A DNA stretch of 63,733 bases, counting the filler, from Octopus bimaculoides (lineage: Eukaryota), in the NCBI RefSeq assembly GCF_001194135.2. It is 6 parts of 5 records of this genome, joined end to end, with 100 filler letters (N's around TTAATTAATTAA, not from the genome) between each part and the next. Parts side by side here need not be neighbours in the genome. Positions count along the whole stretch, not along the records: positions 1 to 20,428 come from NC_069007.1; positions 20,529 to 29,254 come from NC_068981.1; 4 more parts are not named here. One strand, given 5' to 3'. A program made the position numbers and the translations under genes. This document shows, piece after piece, positions 13,478 to 23,299 of the stretch. The first letter of the stretch is position 1. Every line of letters starts with the position of its first letter. The notes under the pieces are model-generated. The model had not been told where the DNA came from. It did no database searches and worked only from the letters and a program-made list of their open reading frames with translations.

Positions 13478-14447
13478 GTCGTCGTCGTTGTCGTCTTCAT
13501 CATCATCATCATCACAACCACCGCTACCTACCTTCGTCATCGTCGTCATCATCATCATTACCATCATCGTCATCAACATCAACATCATCATCATCGTAAT
13601 CATCCTCATCCTCCTCTTCATCCTCATCTTCNNNNNNNNNNNNNNNNNNNNNNNNNNNNNNNNNNNNNNNNNNNNNNNNNNNNNNNNNNNNNNNNNNNNN
13701 NNNNNNNNNNNNNNNNNNNNNNNNNNNNNNNNNNNNNNNNNNNNNNNNNNNNNNNNNNNNNNNNNNNNNNNNNNNNNNNNNNNNNNNNNNNNNNNNNNNN
13801 NNNNNNNNNNNNNNNNNNNNNNNNNNNNNNNNNNNNNNNNNNNNNNNNNNNNNNNNNNNNNNNNNNNNNNNNNNNNNNNNNNNNNNNNNNNNNNNNNNNN
13901 NNNNNNNNNTGGTAAATGGTGACCCCTACCATTAACACTTTGGTGAGGAAATCCATCTCAAATATAGAAGAGACGTTGAACATTTCTCTCAGTTCTTTCA
14001 CAACCTGCTTCTGTTTATTCACCGCTTTCCTACGAGGAAACAGAAGAAATTCAATATGTATATATATTTATATATATGTGTTATTTCTTTACTACCCACA
14101 AGGGGCTACAAACAGTCGGGACAAACAAGGACAGACAAACGGATTAAGTCGATTACATCGACCCCAGTGCGTAACTGATACTTATTTAATCGACCCCGAA
14201 AGGATGAAAGGCAAAGTCGACCTCGGCGGAATTTGAACTCAGAACGTAGCGGCAGACGAAATACCGCTAAGCATTTCGCCCCGCGTGCTAACGTTTCTGC
14301 TAGCTCGCCGCCTTTATATATGTGTGTGTGTACATTCATGCGTACAAATACATACATACATGCATAATACATATATATATATAATAATATAAATAATATA
14401 TATATATGCATATATACATACGTATATGTTCATACTTAGATCTATAC

Positions 14448-14483
<36 letters not shown>

Positions 14484-15011
14484 NNNNNNNNNNNNNNNNN
14501 NNNNNNNNNNNNNNNNNNNNNNNNNNNNNNNNNNNNNNNNNNNNNNNNNNNNNNNNNNNNNNNNNNNNNNNNNNNNNNNNNNNNNNNNNNNNNNNNNNNN
14601 NNNNNNNNNNNNNNNNNNNNNNNNNNNNNNNNNNNNNNNNNNNNNNNNNNNNNNNNNNNNNNNNNNNNNNNNNNNNNNNNNNNNNNNNNNNNNNNNNNNN
14701 NNNNNNNNNNNNNNNNNNNNNNNNNNNNNNNNNNNNNNNNNNNNNNNNNNNNNNNNNNNNNNNNNNNNNNNNNNNNNNNNNNNNNNNNNNNNNNNNNNNN
14801 NNNNNNNNNNNNNNNNNNNNNNNNNNNNNNNNNNNNNNNNNNNNNNNNNNNNNNNNNNNNNNNNNNNNNNNNNNNNNNNNNNNNNNNNNNNNNNNNNNNN
14901 NNNNNNNNNNNNNNNNNNNNNNNNNNNNNNNNNNNNNNNNNNNNNNNNNNNNNNNNNNNNNNNNNNNNNNNNNNNNNNNNNNNNNNNNNNNNNNNNNNNN
15001 NNNNNNNNNNN

Positions 15012-15055
<44 letters not shown>

Positions 15056-16955
15056 TCTTATGCAAGAATGTTGGAAGCATTCTTGTTTAAAGAATAATAA
15101 ATTTGTTCTCAAGCAAAGTATAAATGAAGCCATTACATTAATGCAAAATTGTTTTTATCATAACTTAACGTAAAACAAACATTTATATAATATGACCACC
15201 ACCACCGATGCCACGCTCCCCCGCCATTACCACCACCATCACCTTCACCACCACTGCCCTCACCCCCTCACCACCCCACCGCTACCACCATTACCATTTA
15301 CAGAACCAGGAGAATGTCTTCTACTTACTTCTGTTGATCATGCGGGTCGTAAGCGTCATGAAGTAATGGAACTAAAACGTTGTTCATCTTTTTCGTTCCC
15401 ATTTGCTGCTCCGCCATTTTGAATTTTCCCACAAAACACTGCAAGAGACCGGAAGTAGTAAAGCAACAGATATTAAATCATATACACACGCACAAGGCGT
15501 AGATAGGTCAGACATCTTTTTTAAAAAATATTAATTATTTTTAGTCTGGTTAAAGACCAAAGCTTTTTGCAGAAAGTGTTTAATCTTCTTCTTCTTCCAA
15601 TTCTTCTTTTCCTTCTTTTATAATTTCATTCACATTCAAGCAGGCGATGGAGGGATATCAACAAATACCGCAAGGTGTTCAGTCCGACGCTCTTACCCCG
15701 CCGAAAACCCAGCGTCTTGGAATGCTACACTTTCTTTTATCGATCCGACAAGGATGAAAAGCAAATCTGATCTCAGCGAGACTTGAACTGAGAAAGGAGA
15801 GACTTAGAACAAATACTACCACAAGGTGTCTGGTCCTGACCTTCAAACAGTTCCACTGATCCATTGGTCTGGATTAAGGACTTTTATATTGGTGTGGAAA
15901 GGATGAAAGTCATAGTTGACCATGGCGGAATTTGAACTCATAGCGAAGAGGATTGGAGCAAATGCCATAGATAATTTAGCTCGACTTTCTTACAGTTCTG
16001 CCAATCCATCGTTCGAATAATGAACGACAAAATTGACAAAATTGGCGGGATTTGAACTCAGAGTGTAGTGAATTGGAACAAATAGCCGTAAAGATATTCT
16101 GTCCGATGCTCTAACGAATCGGCCAATTTGTTGCCAATCGACTAAAGATGATGTAAGAGTTGATAAAATGGTTGATAATAGATGACACGATAGACTATTG
16201 ATGATTGACGAGAAATATATAGATCGATTATAGATTATAGATAAGGGGTTTTAGATGATATGAATTGAAAATTGATTACCTGAAGACGGGAGTTTCTTTG
16301 ATATGTTAATAAAAGATCAAGCACTTCTAATGCTCTGAAATTGGAAGGAAAAACACATTTATAGACAAAGATCATTCATCATATATAATATATATAAAAT
16401 ATTTGTCAGATAAATTCGTTTCTTTATTCCTCTCCATTTAATTTATTTTAATCTTTTCCCGTTTTTAATCTGAATTAAGACGAAAATATTTTGTTTCTTT
16501 TCTATATAGCTCTATTCTTTATCTACAAATTTTGTTTATCGTTTTCGAAATTTGCATAAAATTTTCCTCTCTTTAGATATATGACAATTGAGTGCATAGA
16601 ATGAGAAAAAAACGAACGAATTTGTCTGACGACCTAAATCACACATATGTTAGTACGTACATACGTACATACTTTCGAGCCTTGTATCTTTGTTAGAAAC
16701 CAACTCCTTCGTCAGCAGAAGAATTTAAATAACTAAAAGCAGAGGAGGACATACATACATACATACATACATACATACATACATACATACATACATACAT
16801 TATATATATAATTAAAGGATAAAATCATTAAAAATTAATGAACTTTATCAGTGGCCAACATATAAAAAAAGCCTTTTAGGTAAAATTCATATATAGATAT
16901 ATGATTATATAGAATATAATTATAATTAAGGCCACAGAAACCAGTGCCTACATAT

Positions 16956-16992
<37 letters not shown>

Positions 16993-17382
16993 CTCAAAAT
17001 ACATTTGTATACATATATACACATATATATCGATATGCCTACATGTACACACACACACACTCACGCGCGCACGCACGCATGCACGCAAATATATACAACA
17101 CTCACATTATATATATGTAGTGGTCAATGGCGAGTGGTGATACGCCAGTATTGAGTACACCATACGTTATGTTATGGTTGAAAAGCTTGTAGAAAACACG
17201 ACGATTGTGACTAAAATAAAAATAAAATAAGAATGAAAAGCGAACTCACTGATATTTGGCGTTGACAATGGCTTCGGTCTCGGGACTTTTAAGGAACCGT
17301 TCTACTTGTTGATATTGTTGGACTAATTTCAGAGAATCTTTTGAGTAACCTGAAAGAAAGAGATGTTCAGATAAGTGAATAA

Positions 17383-17429
<47 letters not shown>

Positions 17430-18524
17430 TGTACACANNNNNNNNNNNNNNNNNNNNNNNNNNNNNNNNNNNNNNNNNNNNNNNNNNNNNNNNNNNNNNN
17501 NNNNNNNNNNNNNNNNNNNNNNNNNNNNNNNNNNNNNNNNNNNNNNNNNNNNNNNNNNNNNNNNNNNNNNNNNNNNNNNNNNNNNNNNNNNNNNNNNNNN
17601 NNNNNNNNNNNNNNNNNNNNNNNNNNNNNNNNNNNNNNNNNNNNNNNNNNNNNNNNNNNNNNNNNNNNNNNNNNNNNNNNNNNNNNNNNNNNNNNNNNNN
17701 NNNNNNNNNNNNNNNNNNNNNNNNNNNNNNNNNNNNNNNNNNNNNNNNNNNNNNNNNNNNNNNNNNNNNNNNNNNNNNNNNNNNNNNNNNNNNNNNNNNN
17801 NNNNNNNNNNNNNNNNNNNNNNNNNNNNNNNNNNNNNNNNNNNNNNNNNNNNNNNNNNNNNNNNNNNNNNNNNNNNNNNNNNNNNNNNNNNNNNNNNNNN
17901 NNNNNNNNNNNNNNNNNNNNNNNNNNNNNNNNNNNNNNNNNNNNNNNNNNNNNNNNNNNNNNNNNNNNNNNNNNNNNNNNNNNNNNNNNNNNNNNNNNNN
18001 NNNNNNNNNNNNNNNNNNNNNNNNNNNNNNNNNNNNNNNNNNNNNNNNNNNNNNNNNNNNNNNNNNNNNNNNNNNNNNNNNNNNNNNNNNNNNNNNNNNN
18101 NNNNNNNNNNNNNNNNNNNNNNNNNNNNNNNNNNNNNNNNNNNNNNNNNNNNNNNNNNNNNNNNNNNNNNNNNNNNNNNNNNNNNNNNNNNNNNNNNNNN
18201 NNNNNNNNNNNNNNNNNNNNNNNNNNNNNNNNNNNNNNNNNNNNNNNNNNNNNNNNNNNNNNNNNNNNNNNNNNNNNNNNNNNNNNNNNNNNNNNNNNNN
18301 NNNNNNNNNNNNNNNNNNNNNNNNNNNNNNNNNNNAAGATAATAAGAGTGAAAAAACTACAGAAGGCTTGTGTTACATGGTTAAAGTATATATTTAAATT
18401 ATGTCAGAAAAATGTTAGAAAAATGTTATAAAATCTTTTTGGTATATAAACATTGTATTTTGAGAAATAACCGGTTTCGTGTTGTCTTTTCAAATTTCTC
18501 TACTTCATTGTAACGTGTTCGCTC

Positions 18525-18572
<48 letters not shown>

Positions 18573-19524
18573 TGTATGTATGTATATATGCATGCATGTA
18601 CGTATGTTTATACTTCGATGCTTTTCTGTGTGTACAAAAGGAAGAGAAATCACGGGGAAGAGATTCTTACCTGTTCGATAAGCATGTTAAGACCTATGTC
18701 GGAGGCATACATACATTTGTTGCCGAGTAAAAATTCTGCGATCCAGTCTCGCAGTACAGGAAATATGGCAACTAATTCTTTCACTACCTACAAACAACAA
18801 TATAAAAAAGGTTATGAGATATATGTGGCAATAGAAAGAACGGTTCTGGTGGCGGTGGAAGATTGTGAGAGAAAGAGAGAACAAGGCAGTACCAGATAGA
18901 CAGGGACAAACACACAGAGACACAAGCAGTCTTCACTGATGATGTCTACGGATTAGACGAAACTACACGTCTAGGGGATTTTCGAGTCGGCGAGGGTCGA
19001 TTGCTTCTCCTGTCAACATGTATACATCTGCGCTCTTCCTACAGTATTATGAGTATTTTAACTCTTATTTCCAGCAATGCAGGTGCGTCGGCACCCTTAG
19101 TCACACTTAGTGACCATTGAATTTTTTCCTTTATGGTATCACATTGCGTTTAGCTGTTTATATTAATTNNNNNNNNNNNNNNNNNNNNNNNNNNNNNNNN
19201 NNNNNNNNNNNNNNNNNNNNNNNNNNNNNNNNNNNNNNNNNNNNNNNNNNNNNNNNNNNNNNNNNNNNNNNNNNNNNNNNNNNNNNNNNNNNNNNNNNNN
19301 NNNNNNNNNNNNNNNNNNNNNNNNNNNNNNNNNNNNATATATATATATATATATATATAAACACACACAAATATGTACATTATATTAGATATAGAAATAT
19401 AGAACTGTACGTACAAAATCTCCTTGGCTTTTCTCTTCATCTTTCGATCCAACGTAATCGTAAATAAAACAAATATTTGGATGATCCAACACTGAATAAT
19501 TATTGCCGACGTCCACGAAAAGAC
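399..19524 (-). CDS. ITPR-like: Multi-exon gene (partial, central region) for a divergent inositol 1,4,5-trisphosphate receptor / RyR-superfamily Ca2+-release channel
   Basis: 17 exons with AG/GT ends whose phases chain in frame. Motifs are collinear with ITPR1 as I recall it: LRYYISLLDLLATCAE|GENMFIESLCQTILPFDDLL vs [55 protein letters not shown] vs [35 protein letters not shown] vs EKLCIKVLQTLREMM. The family call is firm; orthology is not. Confidence 0.9.
623..960. mobile_element. Possible Tc1/mariner-superfamily (pogo/Tigger-like) non-autonomous remnant
   Basis: Starts TACCGTATTT...AAGACGCAC, resembling pogo/Tigger-type terminal repeats as I recall them; no coding motif seen. Confidence 0.3.
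1081..1160. repeat. (CA)n microsatellite
   Basis: Direct reading; abuts an N gap. Confidence 0.95.
1795..1959. repeat. (CAT/CGT)n to (CAC)n trinucleotide repeat
   Basis: Direct reading; source of the poly-H/S/I ORFs. Confidence 0.95.
3171..3275 (-). CDS. IP3R-like exon: MFCEVIGPLLYKAEHMKNMVNCITAVVPVSNMPNS
   Basis: Acceptor ttttgtgcag, donor gtaaga; 105 nt, phase 0/0; continues the previous exon in frame. Confidence 0.78.
3302..3800 (-). mobile_element. 5'-truncated non-LTR retrotransposon 3' end with restriction-like endonuclease (R4/Dong-like), ending in (TAA)n
   Basis: ORF 3421-3813 carries LWDMPIHTDREIKANRPDIVV...LIDVSIP...KEMEKLSKYKDL...IPIIVGALG (PD-(D/E)xK RLE), followed by a ~95 nt 3' UTR and TAATGATAATAATAATAATA. 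Confidence 0.85.
3955..4225. mobile_element. hAT (Charlie-like) non-autonomous fragment
   Basis: Begins CAGTGGCTCTCAACC, like Charlie/MER5 termini; the second terminus was not found. Confidence 0.45.
4225..4410 (-). mobile_element. SINE family A copy with internal deletion
   Basis: ggcggtgagctggcagaaacgttagcacgc head and shared core on the minus strand. Confidence 0.8.
4410..4815. repeat. Compound microsatellite (ATCT)n, (TG)n, (CT)n, (CA)n
   Basis: Direct reading. Confidence 0.95.
6061..6149 (-). CDS. IP3R-like exon, 3' part only: TFYKHFYFPDNDAFGNEVDDTDHLAKAVV
   Basis: Donor gtaagc at 6060; the 5' part is lost in the 6150-6979 gap. Confidence 0.75.
7060..7230. repeat. 45-bp minisatellite (~2.5 units) rich in TGACGT
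   Basis: Unit gtgacgtgttatgaYgttgcatgtagtgacgtaatatattgcgSt; related degenerate sequence resumes at 7500-7690 after a SINE. Confidence 0.85.
7265..7497 (-). mobile_element. SINE family A, near full length
   Basis: Head, core and the tail gtttgtcctctctctgtttagcctcctgtgggcaataaaa are all present. Confidence 0.88.
7917..8104 (-). CDS. IP3R-like exon: GENMFIESLCQTILPFDDLLFVLNNQRIDNSLKKPFLRCLHHVYMKNSVAVVETGIGELPHD(P)
   Basis: Acceptor ctcgaccccag, probable donor gtgaat; matches [10 protein letters not shown]...AYINFLNHCYVD. Confidence 0.9.
8654..8738 (-). CDS. IP3R-like exon: EKILLNPSMMETLRYYISLLDLLATCAE
   Basis: Donor gtgagt. The only nearby in-frame acceptor is ttttcttttcgAG (GAG type). 85 nt, phase 2 to 0; strong ITPR motif. 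Confidence 0.88.
8915..9101 (-). mobile_element. tRNA-derived SINE (separate family)
   Basis: Minus strand GGCGCAATGGCCCAGTGGTTAGGGCAGCGGACTCGCGGTC...GGTTTCGATTC with A- and B-box-like motifs, followed by a non-tRNA body. Confidence 0.75.
9236..9845 (-). mobile_element. SINE family B (tRNA head + CCTTGGGCAAG CORE-like segment + internal microsatellite + (GTAAAAGA)n tail), middle lost in gap
   Basis: Head at 9680-9845 (gtggctgtgtggtaagtagcttgc...ggttcagtcccactgcgtggcaccttgggcaagtgtc), (TA)/(TG) tract, gap, tail at 9236-9257. Confidence 0.8.
9959..10197 (-). CDS. IP3R-like exon (RIH domain): [16 protein letters not shown]...KVAFVLDLTRDN(R)
   Basis: Acceptor tttgacaag, donor gtatgt; 239 nt, phase 0 to 2; overlaps ORF 9946-10236. 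Confidence 0.92.
10685..10849 (-). CDS. IP3R-like exon (RIH domain): IDQYGGMKEVFRKTLYLLRLLAKENNTVQTHIFDRLDVLLDVRVAESDLAVALKE
   Basis: Acceptor ttcgtttgcag, donor gtcagt; 165 nt, phase 0/0. Confidence 0.92.
11214..11269 (-). CDS. IP3R-like exon: (G)ILEILFDVLCQDIDTKLL
   Basis: Acceptor tttcgctgcag, donor gtgagt; 56 nt, phase 1 to 0. Confidence 0.85.
11330..11645 (-). mobile_element. SINE family B copy with internal (TG)n
   Basis: Same head as the copy at 9680-9845, then a microsatellite, then tail-like sequence. Confidence 0.75.
11893..11960 (-). CDS. IP3R-like exon: FCHLPMTPDEPHPMNQNILISN(G)
   Basis: Acceptor gtttctccag, donor gtaagt; 68 nt, phase 2 to 1. Confidence 0.85.
12050..12137. repeat. 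(ACAT)n microsatellite inside a short IP3R-like intron
   Basis: Direct reading. Confidence 0.95.
12157..12293 (-). CDS. IP3R-like exon: VLLTQDSARVHREVLKNMPILRRLARAKLDGQQVKLMGSILDDLA(E)
   Basis: Acceptor tttcttccag, donor gtaagt; 137 nt, phase 0 to 2. Confidence 0.9.
12300..12770. repeat. Degenerate (GA)n purine-rich tract
   Basis: Direct reading. Confidence 0.9.
12943..13050 (-). CDS. IP3R-like exon: DLANYKYNKTITKSLNILNKLYSSKSNMFKLSMKVQ
   Basis: Acceptor ttcattctag, donor gtaagc; 108 nt, phase 0/0; matches the HLTMHDYPPLVSGALQLL...KQVQ segment. Confidence 0.9.
13250..13631. repeat. Long (CAT/CGT)n trinucleotide repeat
   Basis: Direct reading; gives overlapping poly-D/H/S/I/M ORFs. Confidence 0.95.
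13930..14029 (-). CDS. IP3R-like exon: KAVNKQKQVVKELREMFNVSSIFEMDFLTKVLM
   Basis: Acceptor tttcctcgtag, donor gtaggg; 100 nt, phase 2 to 0; FLTKVLM matches ITPR FLRVLL. Confidence 0.85.
14085..14313 (-). mobile_element. SINE family A, full length, little diverged
   Basis: ggcggcgagctagcagaaacgttagcacgc head through the ccctgtgggtagtaag tail. Confidence 0.9.
15329..15438 (-). CDS. IP3R-like exon: CFVGKFKMAEQQMGTKKMNNVLVPLLHDAYDPHDQQ(K)
   Basis: Acceptor ggtctcttgcag, donor gtaagt; 110 nt, phase 0 to 2. Confidence 0.8.
15700..16140 (-). mobile_element. Three degenerate SINE family A fragments in tandem
   Basis: Repeated ggcggRAtttgaactca cores near 15770, 15925 and 16045. Confidence 0.6.
16280..16334 (-). 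CDS. IP3R-like exon: ALEVLDLLLTYQRNSRLQ
   Basis: Acceptor ccttccaatttcag, donor gtaatc; 55 nt, phase 2 to 0, in frame with both neighbours. Confidence 0.85.
17250..17349 (-). CDS. IP3R-like exon: (G)YSKDSLKLVQQYQQVERFLKSPETEAIVNAKY(Q)
   Basis: Acceptor cttttctttcag, donor gtgagt; 100 nt, phase 1 to 2. An intervening phase 0-to-1 exon is probably hidden in the 17438-18336 gap. Confidence 0.8.
18671..18787 (-). CDS. IP3R-like exon: VVKELVAIFPVLRDWIAEFLLGNKCMYASDIGLNMLIEQ
   Basis: Acceptor ttgtttgtag, donor gtaaga; 117 nt, phase 0/0. Confidence 0.85.
19415..19524 (-). CDS. IP3R-like exon: (G)LFVDVGNNYSVLDHPNICFIYDYVGSKDEEKSQGDF
   Basis: Acceptor tatatccgtag, donor gtacgt; 110 nt, phase 1 to 0; LFVDV matches the LHMHVD region of IP3Rs. 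Confidence 0.8.
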
Positions 19525-20428
19525 CTACGGATATAAAGAAATACAATATATAAACATATATATAAACACACACACACACACATATATATATATATGTACC
19601 AACTTGGATTATGAATTGAATTAAAGTTCATCTGCTCTTGGGATTTTTCTTTTCCTTATACTTCATTTACATGCATCTATATATATATATATACGTAATA
19701 TAGGGCAATCAGTTAGTAGTATGCTAATTAAAGCCTGTTCCCAGAATTCACCATCCAGACTGTCAACAACAGTCTGGTTGTATATTCCACTGGATGTACT
19801 TCAGGAACTCCTCTGTTTATATGGAGTTTATAAAGACATGAAAGAAAGAAAATGGAAATTGCAAGTCTTTTTATTCACGGTACTGGTACTTTGCAGGTGA
19901 GATGCAGTATAAACATTTGTGGTGCATCACCGGTGTAGATGTGCCTCGTCAGGTGATTTATTTGCCATTTGTCTTGTTTACATATCAGTACTGTCTTTTG
20001 TACCCGTGGTGTACTCATCGTTTATATAAGGAACCGGAAAATGAGGAATATGTTTGATGTATGCAGCATAATGATGTCTGCAAGCTGCAACAATAACAAC
20101 GACAACAAGAACAATAACAAGAAGAACAGCAGGAAGAGCAGTAGCAACAGTATTAACAGCGAACAGTAACCAATAGCAACAAAAACAACTGTGGATGTGA
20201 CGCCAGCGGCAATGTTTGAACAAGCAACAACAGCGACAACAATAATAAGAGTAACAGCAACCCATCAGCACCGTTTGCAAGAACACCACCACAGCTACTA
20301 CCACCACCACCACCACCACCACTACTTACAACACCGCCACCGCCACCACTTACAGCAGCAGCACCACCACCACCATCACCACCACCGTAACCACCTACGC
20401 CGCCATCACCATCTACAACACCACCACC

Positions 20429-20528
20429 NNNNNNNNNNNNNNNNNNNNNNNNNNNNNNNNNNNNNNNNNNNNTTAATTAATTAANNNNNNNNNNNNNNNN
20501 NNNNNNNNNNNNNNNNNNNNNNNNNNNN
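20429..20528. other. Artificial scaffold join: 44 N + TTAATTAATTAA + 44 N
   Basis: Linker at 20473-20484; identical 100-nt structure occurs five times. Confidence 0.95.
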
Positions 20529-20685
20529 GTTATCCACTCTCCTCGTGGTGAGGAATACGGTCCCGAGGATTAGGTCCGGTTCCTGAGCCATTCGCGGTTT
20601 CACCATTCGTTTACGGCATGAACTTAGACTTGCATGGCTTAAGCTTTGAGACAAGCATATGACTACTGGCAGGATCAACCAGGTA
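20529..20685 (-). rRNA. 18S rRNA: 18S rRNA gene, first 157 nt, truncated by the join
   Basis: Minus strand TACCTGGTTGATCCTGCCAGTAGTCATATGCTTGTCTCAAAGCTTAAGCCATGCAAGTCTAAG...GTGAAACCGCGAATGGCTCAG...GTGGATAAC. About 40 nt of GC-rich (CGA)n sequence upstream is a likely 5' ETS. Confidence 0.93.
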
Positions 20686-20726
20686 TCGTCGTCGTCGTCG
20701 TTCGCTGTAGTAGCGTCTCCGTCGCG

Positions 20727-21040
20727 TCGATCCAGCAATTTTGTTAAGGTATTCGGTTCACAGTTGTAAGGTCGTGCGTTCGATTCCTGACGGCGCGTTG
20801 CATCTTTGAGCAAGACACGTTTGCCAGGCCACTCTGCTGACAAAAATTAACAGTACCTGTATTTAAAATGACCAGCCTTGTCTCATACTGTGTCACACTG
20901 AATCTCCTTTAGAACTACGCTAAGAATACGCGTGTCTGTGGAGTGCTCAGCCACTTTCAGGTTAATTTTAGAAGCAGCCTGTTCCGTTAATTGGATCAAC
21001 AAGAAAACTTGTCGTCGTAATCGTCAGAGTTCCAGACAGA
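20727..21040 (+). mobile_element. SINE family D (tRNA-like head, CTTTGAGCAAGAC core)
   Basis: gcgttcgattcct B-box-like motif; body agtacctgtattt...gtgtcacactgaatctcc...gtggagtgctcagccactt also found at 60365-60480. Confidence 0.7.
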
Positions 21041-21464
21041 GGAAAAGATTGTCATTTAGCCTTAGTTCGTCCCTGATTAAGTAGATATATAATCAAAGAC
21101 ATTCTAGCTATGGCCATCTCGTCATGTTTTCTATTTTTTTCTCTTTTTTTTTTTTTCAAATTTGTTATATCTAGGATTACGTTATTCAATATGTTCCTCC
21201 TTTATATTTTTTTAAGACGGTAGGTCATTTCTTGCAAATCGAATTATAAGAGACCTCCACGTGATACTCGTCATTGTTGTTCGTTTATTGAGTGGTCCTA
21301 TTCAATTGTACTCGAGCAATTCTTCTTTCTTGGGTCCTCACATCCTAATAGTAATAGGGCCACTTTTGGACTACGCCAGTTCTTATACATTTTAAGCCCA
21401 GGCGGCACCCTTCTTTCTCCCGGCTCGAACACAGTCAATTTCTTCAAAAATCAAAAATATTCTT

Positions 21465-21795
21465 TTCTACTCTAGACACAAGGTCTAAAAGTTTTTGGCG
21501 GAAAGGGGCGGGGGGCCAGTCGATTAGATCGCCCCAGTACGCAACTGGTACTTAATGTATCGATCACGAAAGGATGAAAGGCAAAGTCGACCTCGGCGGA
21601 ATTTGAACTCAGAACGTAACGGCAGACGAAATACCGCTAAGCATTTCGCCCGGCGTGCTAACGTTTCTGCCAGCTCGCCGCCGTCCAAAATGAAAAATAT
21701 TTTTTTCTTCATTACCCACAGGGAGCTAAACATAGAGGGGACAAACAAGGACAGACAAAGAGATTTAGTCGATTACATTGACACCAGTGCGTAAC
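21465..21795 (-). mobile_element. SINE family A full copy plus an adjacent 3' half copy
   Basis: Full copy at ~21465-21685; tail half at ~21700-21795 cut off by the LINE fragment. Confidence 0.85.
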
Positions 21796-23285
21796 ACCCC
21801 TGCAGGGGCGGGAAAAGCTGATTTTTTCCGAAGCATGGAGAAATTTCTTTGTTCGTTTCATTCTATAGCAATGTTAGGAGACTTTAACACAATCTGCGAT
21901 GCACGCGTGGATTGCGTTGGCTCAAGTGTTGTTAGAAGGGGAGATCAGTGTTTCATAAATCTGCTTAGCCATTTTCAGCTAGCAAGTAGGCATAGACTAG
22001 ACGACCCAAACGCTCCATTGTGAACATGCATGAATAGCGATGGGTCATCTAAATCTTATCTAGACAGGATACCAATTAGGGAACTAGATAAAAACTTAGT
22101 CGTCCACACTTTCACTATGTTAGCTACAGAGACCACAAATTTGTGACTTGTAAGCTTGACTTAGATAGGATGCATAGAAAGGGATCCGGCTACTGGAAAC
22201 TCAATAAGTCTCTTTTGATTCATGAAGAGTACAGGAGTCGGATTAGGCAGTTAGTTTTGAGGGCATTGTGTGGCACCGTTATAAATAACAAATGGTGGTA
22301 TGCCCTCAAAAGAACCATCAAATTTGAGTCCATTTGGGTTAGTAAAGAATTAGTAGCTATGAAAAATAGAATAGAAAGGGCCTTAGTTAAGGACTTAGAT
22401 GAAGCACTAAAATCTGGCTCCACGCCCCGAGTCTTGGCTGCGAGATTGATTCTGAATCAGCACCTCGAGGCCAAATGCGAGGGGTGTGTAGTCAGGGCTA
22501 AGCAACATGCAGTAGGACAGGAAGGAATCAAAGCCGCTGGATGAGCCCGTGTGATAGAGGCTCAACGTGGTAATAGAAATTCTATAAAGTCTTTGACGAA
22601 TGATCAAAGGAACTTGATAAACGAACCCGAGATGTGCAAGGTCTTTCAGGAGCATTTCGCACAGCTTTTCAGGGTGGGAGGATGGCCGGAGTGTAAGAGG
22701 GAGCTTACAGACTTCCTCACCGGTTTGCTGCATCTCTCGAGACGGGATGCGGAGTGCTATGAAGGACCGATTATAGCTGCGGAGATTGAGGAGGCTCTGG
22801 CGGACTGCAGCTGGGATAAGTCACCGAGTCTAGATGGTCTTCTCTACGAACTTTACTGTAGTATGCCAGACTTGTTCGAGTACCTGCTGGCTTGTGTCTT
22901 CACGAACTGGCAACAGAACAGGTTTATTCCCAAATCTGTGAACCGGGGAGTGATGACGCTGCTTAGAAAGGACCCAAATAAGGGGCAGAGTATAGATAAT
23001 TTCAGGCCCATCACTCTACTTACCACAGAGATGAAGATCTTGGCCAAGGTGTTAGTAAAAAGGTTGGCGTGTGTCGTCGATGGACTCGTCGGGGATGCAC
23101 AAACGTGTGCCGTTCCCGGCAAATCCATACACGACAATGTCCACCTTATACGCTACACCTTAAAGAGGTTTAGTGGGGTTACTGGCAAGGGTTGAGCACT
23201 GGTACATTTGGACCAGTCTAAGGCGTTCGATAGGGTTGATCTGCAGTACCTGGTGACGGTCCTCACGGCGTTCGGGATTGGCCCC
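21796..23285 (+). mobile_element. L1/Tx1-clade LINE ORF2 internal fragment (AP endonuclease C-terminus + N-terminal RT), pseudogenised
   Basis: MLGDFNTICD, SYLDRI, SYRDHKFV, GSGYWKLNKSLL, DKSPSLDGLLYELY, NFRPITLLTTEMKILAKVL, LDQSKAFDRVD; in-frame stops and frameshifts. Confidence 0.92.
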
Positions 23286-23299
23286 GTCTTAATCGATAT

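Noticed and set aside
13202-13922. Poly-Asp, poly-His, poly-Ser, poly-Ile and poly-Met ORFs
   Set aside because: All are frames of one (CAT/CGT)n repeat in an intron whose flanking exons already join in frame. The same applies to 1687-1960, 19978-20430, 27350-27700 and 30091-30596.
19730-20090. Short ORFs as upstream IP3R-like exons
   Set aside because: None of the frames I examined resembles the expected sequence preceding LFVDV.
20473-20484. TTAATTAATTAA as a biological motif (piggyBac TTAA target or homeodomain site)
   Set aside because: It is always centred in exactly 44+44 N, so it is a synthetic six-frame stop linker.
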